Shown: positions 1 to 18,761, numbered from the stretch's first letter. The stretch is DNA of 64,000 nt from Octopus vulgaris (GCA_951406725.2 OX597825.1:87792001-87856000); one strand, 5' to 3'. Program-made: numbers and translations. Notes: generated by a model not told the origin, from the letters alone.

Positions 1-655
1 CACTTTCGCCATAACATCACTGCCTTCTACGCATGCGTGCTTATAGTTGGTAGTATTGTTGTCACCTGATCGATGTTTGAGCCTGATCGCGCCAGTTTTC
101 ATTTTGGTTTTACAAGCGTAAGCATGGCCGCCAGCAATGTGGACCAAAGGAGAACAAAGAGCAGTGATCCGATTTCTCTGGAAAAGGGTTTACGATTAAC
201 AATGCAAGATGCAGTGCTTTGCTGGCCAAGAAGCTGAAGCCAGGAATTAGCACCAAATGCCGAAGCCTATTCTTGAAGAAAGTTTTGTTGTTGCATGACA
301 ATGCGCACCCACACACAGCCAACCAGACACCATTAACCAACTCGGTCTTGAGATGCTGGAGCACCCTGCCTGCATCCCACGTCGCAACCCTTCTGACTGT
401 CATATCTTTGGACTGCTCAAAAATGGTTTACGAGATCGATTTCCTACGGATGATGTGAAGGAAGCGGTGCCTAAATGGTTGCACGACCAACCGAAAAACT
501 TCTTGCAGGGAATATGTAAGCTCGTGAACCGCTGGACCAAGTACATCAAAAAGAAAGGAGACTTTATAGAAAAATGACGTACTTGTTTATCTTCCGCTTT
601 TATGTAAATACATTGAAAAAGCACGAGTGCGTATAATTTTTGGCCCTCCCTCGTA
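1..655 (+). mobile_element. Internally deleted mariner-family DNA transposon remnant
   Basis: The N-terminal HTH motif WTKGEQRAVIRFLW (~140-185) joins directly to catalytic-domain motifs TINNARCSALLAKKLKP, VLLLHDNAHPH, PSDCHIFG and KLVNRWTKYI..KGDFIEK, with frameshifts. The right end CCCTCG-TA at 648-655 matches mariner TACGAGGG-type termini. The left TIR is not visible and may lie before the window. Confidence 0.85.
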
Positions 656-1069
656 GTTTCATAGCCTGAGAAAATCACCGTTAAACCGCTCTTATGGATA
701 TTATGAAATCTCGTCAGAGTTCATTGTTATACATAACATGCACCATTATAAAGAAGAAAATTACGGAAGCCAGAGAAAATCCACGTCACATAAGAATGAA
801 TTGGTCGCTCAGCTTCCACGAAAAACCTTATTCTTTTCCCTGTTCTTTTATCTTATATTATTACTGACAATTGTTGATTCGGATATTCTTGGCACAAATG
901 ACGTAGCATTTCACCCTCGGGTTACCATCTTCGTATCACACTAGTTCTAGAGCTGAATATACTTATACACACTCACACAACCACTTGATTACACACGGAC
1001 ACTCAAACACTCACACACTCTCATGTACGTATTTGCGTTTTTTCTGAGTGTCTTGGTTCTTCCTTGCTG

Positions 1070-1503
1070 TGGGTTTGGTTTGTTAACATTTCCAATATTT
1101 TATCGTTATAAGAGTCCTTGTCCATGATTACTATCACCCCACCCCCTTATCGGCTTCTTTTCGGATGATTTTGTCAGTCTTCGGTGTTTGTAAGGCTTTC
1201 TTTTCTTCTTTACGTAGGGTTTGCTTGCATTTGTAGGTATTTAGGGTATTTGTGGGTATTTAGGGGAAATCGTGTCTATATACGCGTCTAAATATTTCTC
1301 CTTTCCCTTGTAGGGGGTGAAGTGGGAATTAATTCCGGCTATTGATTCATCATTTAAATCTTTATTGTTGAAGAATTCTATAAGTCGGAGGTGAAGGTTG
1401 AAGTGTTCAGTATCGGATTTCAGTTCAATGAGATTAGGGGTGGGTGTCGGGGTAAACTTGAAACCTTTTAATAAGAGGTTTATCTCATTCTTGTTGAGGT
1501 TCC
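1070..1503 (-). mobile_element. Penelope-like element fragment (pre-RT N-terminal region), decayed
   Basis: Manual minus-strand translation gives [20 protein letters not shown]...LHLRLIEFF...SHFTP...LDAYI and KEADKG..VIVIMDKDSYNDKILEML, typical PLE N-terminal motifs. It abuts (TA)n. Confidence 0.75.
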
Positions 1504-1509
1504 TATATA

Positions 1510-1551
<42 letters not shown>

Positions 1552-1619
1552 CATATGTATGTATGTATCTATCTATATCATATATATATATATATATATA
1601 TACATATATATATAAATAG

Positions 1620-1775
1620 ATGGATACACCGGAGCTCTTTCAGTATCCGTCTACCAAACCCACTCATAGGTTTCGGTCAAACCGACACTATTGCATAAGA
1701 CACGCCATGTGACTGAACCCGGAACCATGTGGTTGGGAAGCAAATTTTTTACCACACGGCTACGCTTGCACCTAT
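1620..1775 (-). mobile_element. tRNA-derived SINE, 5' part (same family as 14200-14580)
   Basis: Minus strand has an A-box-like TAGCCGTGTGG and a B-box-like GGTTCAGTC. It aligns by eye to the 14420-14580 copy. Confidence 0.7.
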
Positions 1776-2184
1776 ATTTATGTACATATACACCTATAGA
1801 TTAATATATGTGAATACGCACACAGATACACACGAACAGCCACACCCCATATATATGTATGTGCGTGAAAATTCTGAACAGTAATTAAACGAACATAATG
1901 AAAGCATTAATTGCAAACTGGTTGTACGTTGTAGTCTAAAAGTTCCAACGATCGGGCAGTTTTGGCTAAATACAGTCAATAGTAAGTGTCTGGACTAAAG
2001 TCATAGCATCGGCCTTCCGTGTACTGCTGCTATGTTTAAATACTTTCTTCATAATTTCTGATCAGAGATGGCAGATGAATGGAAATGGTATGAATGAAGT
2101 TTCAATGCAAGAGAGATGACAGAACGTGAGAAGATCTGAGAGAGCAGCAGGCGAGAAAAGATGCAATGACAGGAGCGAAGCTTT

Positions 2185-2452
<268 letters not shown>

Positions 2453-5400
2453 GCACATACACACGCACACTGAAACATATACCTATATGCTTAGTTGTGA
2501 TATGTGTGTTGGTACGTGTGTGCCCGTGTGAGCGCGGTCGTGCGTTCGTTTGAAGCTGGGCACCCGCCATAACTCTAGTTCGCTCACATCCACGAAGATG
2601 AATATTTCCCCACATTTATTAATGTTACGCTAGTTGCAAAGCACTCAAACATCACGATTATGTAAACCATGAAATTATACAAGACATAACAGATCTTACA
2701 TATATTGAAAATAAAATATTTCACCCTGAAATGAAGTTGGTGTCCAGCTCTGTGGTTATGATCTTGACTATTTCTAATTGATGGAAATACTTTAGCAGTT
2801 TCATCTATGCTGCTTGCAACCGACTCTTTCTAATTAGAGTTCCAATTTCTGAAATACTGTACGCTGATTGTGACGCATCGACATTCAATTTCATATATGA
2901 CAGGCTTCTTCCGGAATTTAAGTACGTTTTTGTGTAACTTATCTTCCAGCACTCATTAAGTTCATAACATCTTGGAAAAAAATATAAAAAAGTTGTTATT
3001 TGCTTAATAGCAGAATGTGTACTAACTGGATAATGTTACTTTTTTAGTGATATCATGAGCAATATTTTCTTTTCAGTTATACTGCTGATGATAGCTGAAA
3101 GAAGGAGCGATAAATAGATAAATATATAAATAATTAGATAGATAAATAATTTCACCCTTTATTATTACTGATAACCATATTTTATCCCAGTAAATGACCG
3201 CAAATCTACTTGGTGTAATTGATAATTATTCCAAATTAATTAATTTCACCCTTTATTATTACTGATAAATATATAGGTAGATAGTGATGCAAACATAAAT
3301 GCATACATGCTTAATTTCATACCTACACACTCACACACACACACGCTTGAGAATATGTTTGCGCTAGCAAAGTATACATTCCACATGATTGTGTGTTGTC
3401 TTTCCATATCGATATGAGAAACATTCATCTGTCTGTCTGTGTGTCTGCTTGTCTCTGTGTCTATCTCTCGGTGTGTGTGTGAGTGTGTGTAATAAAGAAT
3501 TTTGTCGATTTCTACCCATGAACGAACAACTTGAACGGCCTAAGCACAAAATAATCCTGCGTATTGTCGAATTGTTTCCCAGATTCTAGAAACCATGACG
3601 CAATCCCCAGCCTCGCCAAATGTGTTGTTCCAGCAGAGGCGTGCGTCTACGGAGTTTGTGTTTCCTAAGTTTCACTTATAATTCGTCTCCCAACTGCAGC
3701 TTATAGTAGAGAAACCCAGCCAAATAGACACCTCCACACACACTCACATATCTATACGCACATGAAAGCATGCATGTAGTATTTAAAAGTTCAGTATGCA
3801 TTCAAATATTTAGATTGTGATTTGGTTACCTATGTTTCAAATATCTTCCGATTTCGATATTAAATATACGCTTTGAACACAGATTTCATTCCAATCGCAT
3901 TGACATTCTATAACATAATTCCTATGCTACTTTCACAAAGTTCACCGACCTTTACTGTTACTCTACCTTTCATTCCTTCTCATAAAACCACATACATCTC
4001 TTACTATTTCACATACATTATAACAAATCATCTCACTTGAAAAGACACGAATATTTATATATGATATCATTAAATATTCAAATTAAATAGTGAAATTATT
4101 TAACTCTTGACTGCATAAAGTAGAGATCACATATGATTTTCTTAGCAAAGTTATTTACGTCATATAACAATGAAATACTAAAGTTAATCAAGTCTTATAA
4201 GAATTAACAAGTGAAGTTATAAAAGCCAATCAATTAAATAGTGAAATTATTTAAAGTGGTGAGAATCAGAAATCTGATTTGAAGTATGTATGCGGTGAGA
4301 AAAAAAATTGATGCTACAAGGCATCTTTTTCTCACCTCATAAACATTGTAATTAGATGTCGGAAGCTGGCAGTATCAAATGCGTTATGACAAACTTGGCT
4401 ATTGTTTTGCATATGATTGCTGTGACAGAGTAATTATCAAACCCAGTAATTTCTAATTCTAAATACGGTTCTTTTTTTTATTCTGGAAAGCATTTCAGTG
4501 TCAATACTTTCTATTATGACGGATATGAAATCACCATAACATGTAACAAACAGATTTACAATATTACATCACGTATAAGCCATTATTGACATGGATATAA
4601 ATAACTTAATATTCACGGGATTGTGAGGCTGTGTCAAAATGATCTGTTTAATGTCCTCACATCAACATTCTCAAAGTTGAATATAGAATGTTCGGTTTTC
4701 TTTTCAGCGATAGAAATAGCTGCTGCCCATCTACAAAGCAGGGAGGCACGGCACAAGTTTTCATATTGAGATTATCATCAGAGAATTTCTGCGATATGTT
4801 TTAACTCTAATTCCAATCGTTCAAAATGTTTTCTTGTTTAATTAACGATTTCAGATTTCCAAACCTTTGATGTTGGGATGTTTTGAGAGATATTGATATA
4901 GTCACGAAATAATAATAAACTACAAAAGACATTTGTCAACATGATTAGAATATCATGCTGCTGTAAAGCAATCACATAATTTCATCTGTATAAAAGCTAA
5001 TCGGCATCTGGCTTATTTTCAAAGAATGAAAATAAAAACAGCAATTACTCACCAACACGTTAGAGATTCAAGTTCACAAATGTTGTTTCGTTTCACTGTT
5101 TCCTTTATTGCTGCTACAAAGCTTTCTGATCTTTGCATCTAACACTTTAATATCTCCACTGATTTGCTGGTCTTATTCTCTCTCCTGGCTTACAACATCA
5201 TTATAAAGCTTCACTAAACACGATTCTTTTAAAGGTCACAACCCTATGAAAGTTCATGGTTGAGTCTTTACTAAGCTACTTCGTCAGATTTCAAAGGCTT
5301 TCAAATAATTTATCGCAAAACCAGAGGTCTATATGATTTGTTGATGATGGGAGTTGATTGGTAAATCTAAGTATATGATTGCAAGCTTAACACACTGGTA

Positions 5401-6118
5401 TTTGAACTAGAATGAAAAATTAGAATATGAAAAACTAATTATATCTACCATATTGCCATTTTGTAATCACAGCCTTGTCCGCGGTGAGACTGCTTCTGGT
5501 AGAATCAAGTGCAACAATACAAATTTAGATCACGACGAGGCAAACGTTTTTAGTAATTGCAGATTCCAGATAATATATTTGTTGAATGCATTTTATTATC
5601 TCGCCTCCATGAAAATCCAAAATAACATGGCGCTTTCTGCATTTTCATGACATACATAGATACATGCATACATTCATACATACATATATTCCCCCCCACA
5701 CACACACACCGCACACCATACACGCACATACATTTTGAATGCATGTTTAAGTTACAACTGTATTAAGTTTGTCTCAGCCTCGCATTAATTAAAAAACTTC
5801 AGACTTTACATGTACAAACATATCTAACACATTTGTCACATCCGATGACTACATTCACATATAATGTCAATACACAGGGACACATGCTTCTACACACACA
5901 CACACAAACACACACACATATACGCAAATACATGCAGTCACCCACTTAAACCAACCCATACACACTCGCGCAGATATGTATATGTATATATATATGTATG
6001 TGTGTGTATGTGTGTGTGTATGTGTGTATATGTGTGTGAGTGTGTATATATATGTATGTATATATATATGTGTATGTGTATACATATATATGTGTATACA
6101 TATATATGTGTATATATA

Positions 6119-6254
<136 letters not shown>

Positions 6255-6283
6255 TATATATATAAATAATATGAATATATATA

Positions 6284-6812
6284 AAAGGTCAATCACAAAA
6301 AAGATAGATGGCATGTCAGACCTTGACTACTGGGGTAGACTAGAGAAGCTGAAATTGTATTCACTCCAACGACGCCGTGAACGCTACATTATCTGTATGA
6401 TGTGGAAAATATTCCATCAGCACTGTCCGAATGATGTTGGCATCACCTTCAAAATGCATCCAAGGCTTGGACCACGTGCCATCCGTCCACAACAAAAATC
6501 TAAATCGCATCACATAACAACAATACGGCACAACTATTTCACCTCAATTGGACCCGCTCTCTTCAACATTACACCAGGACACGTCAAAAAAGAAACTGAC
6601 CACACAAAATTCAAGAAGTCTTTGGACAAATTCCTTCAAACAGTACCGGACAAACCATCCACACCCGGATATGTCTCCGCAAACAATAACTCTCTGCTCG
6701 AATGGGCCTTGGTGCCCAAATCCTGAACTGAAAGACTTCGCCAGGTGGTGCTATTAAGTTAGACATGGCCTGGGCCAATACTGGCCAAAAACCTTTCTAA
6801 GTTATTCTAAGT
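6284..6812 (+). mobile_element. CR1-group LINE, short 5'-truncated copy 1 (ORF2 C-terminus + 3'UTR)
   Basis: Translates [31 protein letters not shown]...[16 protein letters not shown]. Highly similar to 8297-8830, flanked by (TA)n on both sides, with a CTAAGTTAT-type tail repeat. Confidence 0.9.
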
Positions 6813-9302
<2,490 letters not shown>

Positions 9303-9502
9303 ATACTACAAAATTAGAGAATGGAGAAACATACTTAAATCAATAAAACATCAACTATCCGATGATACTCAATCCATACTTTAATACACCATTACATAGG
9401 AGTAAAGGCAATATATAAAATGAAATGAGATATACAGTAATAGTAAAAGTAAAAAGATAAAGAGATATAAGTAAAAAATTACAAATACAATATGCAAATA
9501 AA

Positions 9503-9622
9503 TCAAAACTGACAGCTGTTTCGGCAGTGAGGACAGTCATACCTCATTTAACCTATAAGCCATAAAGGCAGGTATAAATGAGGCATTAACAAAGATGCCC
9601 CACGGCCTCTTCAGAGAATTAA
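9503..9622 (-). ncRNA. Mirror copy of the hammerhead ribozyme in the left arm
   Basis: Plus strand reads CTGACAGCTGTTTCGGC...GCCTCTTCAGAG, the exact reverse complement of the 11313-11420 motif. Confidence 0.75.
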
Positions 9623-10936
9623 ATTAAATTTGTTATAATAGTGAAAAATATTATATAATCATATACATTTGGTCTTTTTGTACTCACCTTAATTTGTATC
9701 TTATGTTATTCACTGATAAACCTTTTTCATTTTTTTCATTTTCTCATTTACATGCATTTTGCTTTATAATTGTTACCAGCCTCATATATTTAGTTTATAT
9801 CTATAGTCCTCTGGATCTGTACTTTAAACTATCCTTCCATACATATTTACTTTCAACAATATAAAATATATATATTCACTTTATTTATTTTTATTTATTT
9901 CCCATTTTATTGTAATATTATCAATATTTGCATCTAGTCTTCTATTTATTTATTTATTTGCCTATTTAAGTGTGGATGTTTACATACATATCAAGTCATT
10001 TAATTTGTTACCTATTTATTCTTTACTTATTTACTTATACTGGTGTAGTTTTATACATACATATCTATCATTTATTTTTATTTATTTTAATAATATATGA
10101 ATACATATATACTAGTTTGTACTTATAATTATGTGTATAACCGTATTTATTCCTTCGTATTTATTCCTTTTTATTTATTTTATCTCTTTTCATATTAAGT
10201 CTTTATAATATAAAATTTATTTAAAATTTCTGTGATGTTCTCATAAGCGTTTACATTAATACTTCCCCCTCTATTTTTTATTGCCTAAACTGGTATATTT
10301 TGGCACTATATTTATTAAGTTAATAAGTGACTTATTTATAATATCTAAATTAATATATTTTATATTTTATATTTTATAATTTAGCGTACTTTAAATCATA
10401 ACAAACTTACGATAAACCTAACAACCGTATGTTTACTCTGCAACAAACCGGTGTTACAAATTTTAAGTTACCCATGAAATAATTATCTGAATTAGTAACA
10501 TACTGATATTTAAAAATACATTTATATCTTAATTAAATATTTTATAGAATGCATGGATGGTTCTTTTTTTGTTATTGAGGCTCAGTTATAATTTTGAAGG
10601 ACTTAGTGTTAGCATGGTTGCTTCCCTATTTGTTTATCTAAGTGTTAGTTGTTGCTTATGATTATGTATATGTACAAGTGTATGTATATACATATAACTA
10701 TGTGTGTATGTGCGATTGATCTGTAGATGCGTGTGTGAATATTGGCGTTCCCTGACTAACCAACCGTATAATTTTCTTTTGTGATTTAAATTTCAAACCA
10801 ATAGCCAATCGAATTAATCTAAATTTTCTTTACCTAGTGGTCAGCATTTCTTAACTCATAGTTATTTCGATCTTGGAAGGATGGACTTGGTGATAACTTA
10901 ACTGTATCTATTTTTATTATTTTTTATTATTATTAC

Positions 10937-10970
<34 letters not shown>

Positions 10971-11306
10971 AGTAATTTTTATTAACTTTTATAGCTTTAG
11001 AATTTTATGAACTGTACCACGGATTTAATTATTATTATTTTTCATCTCCATATGTGTTAGCCCCTTTTTTTATAAAAAAAACTATTAGCTAAATATGAAT
11101 GATATCGGTACTTATTAATATTATATATACACTGTTATATATTTTGTTTTATTTTGTTCTGGTTACCTTCCTTTTTGTACAAATATGTATTATATTATAC
11201 AAGTGTAGCATTATGATGTATAAGTTTTTATATTTTACTTTTTTATATTTTTATATTTATATGTATATGATTATATAATATTTTTCACTATTATAACAAA
11301 TTTAAT

Positions 11307-11426
11307 TTAATTCTCTGAAGAGGCCGTGGGGCATCTTTGTTAATGCCTCATTTATACCTGCCTTTATGGCTTATAGGTTAAATGAGGTATGACTGTCCTC
11401 ACTGCCGAAACAGCTGTCAGTTTTGA
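11307..11426 (+). ncRNA. Type I hammerhead ribozyme with extended stem II
   Basis: CT-CTGAAGA (11315-11321), then GGC...GCC stem II with nested hairpins GTGGGGCA/TGTCCTCAC and CCTCATTTA/TAAATGAGG, then GAAA (11407-11410), palindromic CAGCTG stem III and TC^AG. Predicted cleavage after C11418. Confidence 0.75.
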
Positions 11427-11796
11427 TTTATTTGCATATTGTATTTGTAATTTTTTACTTATATCTCTTTATCTTTTTACTTTTACTATTACTGTATATC
11501 TCATTTCATTTTATATATTGCCTTTACTCCTATGTAATGGTGTATTAAAGTATGGATTGAGTATCATCGGATAGTTGATGTTTTATTGATTTAAGTATGT
11601 TTCTCCATTCTCTAATTTTGTAGTATTAATTTACGGTAATATTATTACCCTTACCCATTTAATACAATAGATGAACTGATTGCTTGACAATTTCTAACAT
11701 CTATGTATTAATTTTTGTTGGGTACCTATCTAGCAGTATATTGGATATATATTATCCCATGGTGGGTTGAATTTTCAACCCCTATCTCATTTTATA

Positions 11797-12863
<1,067 letters not shown>

Positions 12864-12929
12864 TAAATATATAAAAATATAAAAAAAAAAAAAATATATA
12901 TATAAAGGAAATATAAATAACAGTATAGG

Positions 12930-14050
12930 TACATGTGTCAATCCGTTACGGCCGTTTCTAGTGATTTCTTTAATTGATTAATGAAAACATTACAACACGA
13001 CACTGAACCGCAAAAGACAGGCGAGACGTGACTCTGAAATGTGTTTTAATTTCACTATGTAAAAGATAAATTTTGCTAAATCTGATAAAGTCAATTTCTT
13101 GGATGCACTTCGACCATATTCTGTGGGTCGTTGTCATGTGTTCTGGTAGTGGGCAGATCCTGCACATCGATATTGCAGGGTGTGACATGTTCAATACCGG
13201 TACATGGAGTGCATGAGGCGGTTAACAAAAGCCACAGGCACCTGTGACCACAGCCTGAAGAAAGCTGCTTCCATTTCCACACGAGTTGTCGGCCTTGGTA
13301 CCACCTGGTCCAGCCACCTCTGTATTGCATCCCACCACAGGTGTTCAATTGGGTTCAAACCCGGGCCGAGAGTCTGCCTCGACACAGTTCTGGTGTCGTG
13401 CTAACGCAGGAAGTTCCATGGTTACGCTAGCCGTGTGGGAAGGAGCATTGTCCTGTTTGACACGTGGTTATGGTGACGCACGATGTAGGGCACGGTGTGA
13501 GGTCTTAGGATCTGATCAATGTAGCGCTGCGCTGTGATGCCATTCCCTCTGCCCGCACCAACATTCAGGTCTATAGCACTCCAAACCATATTGTTTTGAC
13601 CACTCCACGCAATTCTCTCCATGACACGTGCGTCTTTGTGGCGTTCACCCCTCCTACACCACACTATTAGTCTGCCGTCCAAGATGGAAACGCAGTACCT
13701 CCACTGTTGATGCTGCCAATGTCGGTGCTGTGTAGTCCACTGTAGTTGTGCCTGACGGTGGCCGGCGGTGAGGAGAGGCCCTCGAGTAGGACGACGGCAA
13801 TGCAGGTTGTTGGAGGCCAGTCGACGTCGTACCGTGTCGTCGCTGATGGGCCGCTGTTCAGTGTCAATGGTCTCGCTAGCTGACACGTGGGCCTGTCTGT
13901 AGCGTTCACGGAGCTGTTGCAGGTGGACGAAGTAGACCTGTCTGGGCGTGGTCACCAGGGAGCGCCCACCGCGTGAACGGTCTGCAGTGCTGTTGGTCTT
14001 GTTGTATCGTTGTTGTAGGCGAAAGATCGTGCTGAAATGGACATGGATAT
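12930..14050 (-). mobile_element. Tc1-family DNA transposon remnant (frameshifted transposase)
   Basis: Motifs STIFRLQQRY..T.STADR.R.GR..VTTPRQ, TVRRRL...LHCRRP, W..QHRHW, GITAQRYIDQILRPH and PGLNPIEHLW. Probable 3' terminus at TA 12930-12931; the 5' end is missing. Confidence 0.85.
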
Positions 14051-14199
14051 CATTCGGTCGGTATTTAATTTTTAACACGAATTCAGATATCTGAAATATA
14101 TTGCAGCATAAAATCTTGTTTTAATTTGAGAATTCTCTTCGTTCCCAGTTCATTTGTGAGTAGAATATTCAAAATACTTCGCCATTATCCTATTATTCC

Positions 14200-14580
14200 T
14201 TCTTTTATTGGTTTCAGACATTTGACTGCGGCCATACCTGAGCACCGCCTTTAGCAAACCCAAGGACTTAGTCTTTGTAAGCCTAGTACTTATTCAGTCG
14301 GTCTGTTTTGCCGAACCGATAAGTTACAGGGACGTAAACATACCAGCATCGGTTGTCAAGCGATGTGGGGGAGGGTGCAAACACAGATACACAAACATAT
14401 ATATATATATACACACGACGTGTTTCTTTCATTTTCCGTCTACCAAATCAACTCGCGCGGCTTTGGTCAGCCTGAGACTATAGTAGAAGACATTTGCCCG
14501 AGGTGCCACACAGTGGGACTGAAGCCGGGACCATACAGTTGTCAAGCAAGCTACTTGCCACACAGCCACTCCTGAGCCTA
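14200..14580 (-). mobile_element. Full-length tRNA-derived SINE with internal microsatellite
   Basis: Head GGCTCAGGAGTGGCTGTGTGG...GGCTTCAGTCCC, a CORE-like GGGCAAATGTCTTCTAC, an internal (TA)/(TG) tract and a tail ending GAAACCAATAAAAGAAG. Confidence 0.8.
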
Positions 14581-14887
14581 TGATGTTTATTATGCTCTTT
14601 AAATCCTCTGGAGACTGCAAATGAGGAAGGGTAGGAGGGTAGAAATACGAGTCAACAACTGTCCTTTGCCTGAATGTCATTTCAACTTCGGAGAAATCTG
14701 GCCTCTTGAGATTATTTTTTTCTCTCAAGTGCAGCTGGTCATTATTGCACATGAGTGATGTCTTACTGTTGATGATTGTAGTACATCATTAATTTATGTA
14801 GTATGGTATTATTCACTCGTACACACACACACACGCGCACTTACATGAGAGTGTATCATCACTAGTAGAACATGCTCCTTGTGTGCG

Positions 14888-14926
<39 letters not shown>

Positions 14927-16116
14927 GCCTGTGTTTGACACCTTTCTTTTTGTATTGTTTACGCGTAAAACAATTTACATTTCTCTATCTCTGCACACAT
15001 ATATATGTATACATAGATGTACAGTAAACACACACACACACACACACATACACACACACAAATAAATACTGGGCGTTTACTTGAAGAAATCTCCACTTTT
15101 CTTTGAAGCTGTAAGTATGTCTTCAACATTGAAAAACTTCGAGTAATACATGATGAAGCATGAAGGATACCGTTATGGCTTCAAAATCAACTTAAATTTC
15201 GTTATTTTACCTTGTAATTTACGTAGAAAAGAGTATAAGATATATTTATATGAAGGTAACGTTATCTCTGTGAAATCAGATGAAACACATCTGTCTCATT
15301 AGGACTATGCAAACTGCTGTGATTTGTCTTTTTAAAGTTCTTCTTAAATTCCAGAAAGACTTATAACTACGTTACAGTAACAGGAAAGTTTTTCCAGACT
15401 AAGTTATATGGCAATACTAAAAGACATGAAGATATGGATATTTTTGTGTAAAATTATCTGATTAAAATCTTCTGAATCATGTGTAGATTAGTACTGTAGT
15501 GCCATAAATATTTTAGTATCTACTTAGTATCATATCATTCATTGAGGGTGGTTATTATTAACATATCTCCTATTTTACAAAATTAATATATCTCAAGTTA
15601 CACTATGCTGTATCTCATGTTAATCAGAATGGAAATTTCTGTATTCGCTGCCATCGAAAATCCACTTCTGCAAACATTTCTTCAAATTACAGGAAAGCGT
15701 GTTGCAATTTAATATTACCGATTCTCTATTTTATTATTTTTCTTTTCATCTTACGATTCTTGGATGTATCAATAACGTCATCTTCTGATTTTCAAAGAAT
15801 GACTACTTTTTTTTATATATTTAGAGCAGGATTACATTTCCCAAAGATATTCACATTAAAAGCATCAAGAATTTCAGCTGAGAACTTTTACCATTAAATT
15901 CCGAATCTGAGTAAAATTGAAGTATTTCTACCACGTTATTTGCCCTCATAATCTCGTAACGAGATCTGTAAGATACTGCTGTTTATATAAAGAAACAGTA
16001 TCTGGATTAATTACATTGACTATTCAGCACATTTAATACGATATTAATTTAGCCTTCAAGGATTCCGAAATGCCTGGTGGCAAATAGTAAATCTTGAGGG
16101 ACTAATATATACATAT

Positions 16117-16204
<88 letters not shown>

Positions 16205-16205
<1 letters not shown>

Positions 16206-16339
16206 CACACCAGAGTAAACGCATAAATGTGAAACAAGTTGGTGAAATATGGTACTCAAATACCGGGGGTAGAATAATATGCTTTATTAATAAATCTGAA
16301 AAGACATCACAAAAACTTACGTTCCCGTTCGTCGGACAG
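16205..16339 (-). repeat. Partial copy of the repeat at 52038-52235 (decayed hammerhead-like core)
   Basis: CACCAGAGTAA...GTACTC.AATAC...GGTAG..TAATATGCTTT...ACGTTCCCGTTCGTCGGAC is shared with 52038-52180. Confidence 0.6.
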
Positions 16340-16767
16340 TTTTGGTTGAGAATGGAACAAAAAATAAGGTTTTATATATCAATATACAATACATTGATGG
16401 ATACCCGTTTGAAATTGGCCTTGTTACATTGGGTCTTTCAAATAGCGGTCTTTTCAATAACCGGTTATATGAAATTAAATTTAAAATTACGATTTAAAAT
16501 CATATTCAAAATGGAAGAAAACCTTAAATCAAAAATTGGCTTTAGTAGATGGATATAACCCTGTATACCCAGGGTAAATTGAATAATGGTAAAATAAATT
16601 TAAAGTTATGTCTGTTTGTAATAAAAATATTCACAAAGAACTAACATCATAGAAACACATATATATTTGCTTATACATACACAAACTAAGAAATATTTGC
16701 ATACATAAGCAAACGTAGGTAACAGCTTACATACAAAAAAAATACAGGCTATATATATATATATATG

Positions 16768-16815
<48 letters not shown>

Positions 16816-17060
16816 TGATGGGAGAAAGAAAAAAGTGAAAGAGAAAAGAGAAAAACAGATAGTGAGAGAGAGATAAAGGATTTGGAAGCTGGCGTTCCCA
16901 AACAGTATCTAACAGAGATTATAATCTTCTGTAAGCTTGCATACGCACACATATGAAAACGCACACAGATGAAATAGACATGCGTATCTACATAAATGCA
17001 TACATAAATACGAAAGTATCACAAATGTAGACACGCATACAAATATAATAAACACATTCA

Positions 17061-17144
<84 letters not shown>

Positions 17145-18654
17145 CATCGAGATACATATACACCATAACGGATATACGCATACAAATATATTAAAAAGTG
17201 TCTGGCGTATTGAATATTAAAATAAGAAAATTGATATAATATAATTAAATGTAATGTAAATTTGAAAAGTATAAAAAAAATATAAACTTAAAATTTAAAT
17301 ATGAAAATGAATAAAATGAGTAAAATTTTTAACATCAGCAAAATTTAAATTTAAATTTGCAAAACAGTCGAAGGCTTTCTCAATTGTCGAACGTAAAATA
17401 TGAAGTCGAAATATGTACCAGCAGGGTAATATATGTCTATAGTTTAGGTGTAAAAAACAAATTCAAATGCAAAATCAAAAAATTCTTTTGGAAATCAAAA
17501 AACTACCCATACGATATGTTTTCTGTTGACATTTTCAAACTCATGGCGTGTCTGCAGGAATAGGAATTTAAAAACTCCCGTGTTTGGTTCAATGAATGTT
17601 TATCCTGGAACAGGATGAAAAATCTCTGAGAGAGGCCCAAATTGCATCTCACTGGTCATCTGTATGCTCCATGTTTATATGGTGCTGCTTTCTCCAAAAT
17701 TGTCCAGCTGATAGGACGGTATCATTTTCCTTCAATAGCCAGACATATTTTGAATGACTTGTTGTTGTCCTATTATCGGGGTATCGAAAAGAATTTCGGT
17801 GAGAATAAAACCTAGTCTCGAACGAATTTTCCGAAGCTCTAGTGTATGTTTTTTTTCGTTTTATTCTTGTGAGCCATCTCCATATATTTTAGCTCTATAA
17901 ACTATTACTTTCTCAAGACATTTTCCTCGTATCGGACAGCAGGTCTGATCTTTGAAATTGCGATTCCTTCGTATAGTTGGTTAATTAAAGAGGTGAAGTT
18001 TTTGCAACAAGAATAGCTAACTTTCGACTGTTTTGCGAACTTAAATTTGAATTTAAATTGAAAGTTTGCCGAGGTTAAATTTTCCTCATTTTAATTCATT
18101 TTCACATTTAAACTTTTAATTTAAAATTTATAAACTTGCGTTACATTTTATAATACATCAATTTTCTTATTTTAATATTCGATACACCAGACAGTTTTTA
18201 ATTTTTATGCGTATATATGTTATGGTGTATATATGTATCTTGATGTGAATATATATATGCTTATTTGTATGCGTGTCTACATGTGTGTTACTATTGTATA
18301 TATGTATGTATTTATGTAGATATGCATGTCTGCTTTCTTTGTGTGCGTTTTTATATGCATGCGTTTGCAGGCTTACAGAAGAATCTAATATTTGTTAGAT
18401 ATTGTCTGCGAACGCAAACAGCCAAGTCATTTCTCTCTCCCTATCCAGTTTTCTCCTTTTCTCTCTTTCTATTTTATCTTTTCTTCTCCCATCATTTCTT
18501 TTTCTTTCTCTGACCACTTGTCATTTTTCTGATTTCCTTTTTCGTTTTCGTTTTATTTTTCTAACTAGCCCCTGCTAAGTTGTACATTTAGAATTGCGCA
18601 CGGAGACCCATTATGTATTTATATACATATACGTAGATACCTGTATATACATTA

Positions 18655-18706
<52 letters not shown>

Positions 18707-18711
18707 CGTGA

Positions 18712-18761
<50 letters not shown>

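Noticed and set aside
3148-3268. 27-bp direct repeat AATTTCACCCTTTATTATTACTGATAA (also a 22-bp repeat at 4081/4232)
   Set aside because: Only two copies each, so local duplications rather than a CRISPR-like array.
10380-10520. CLLCNK..LQILSY..YLN trace resembling a GIY-YIG C-terminus inside the foldback
   Set aside because: Too short and interrupted by stops to support without a profile search.
9355-11574. Identical 61-aa ORF on both strands
   Set aside because: A by-product of the inverted repeat overlapping the ribozyme motif; no evidence of coding.
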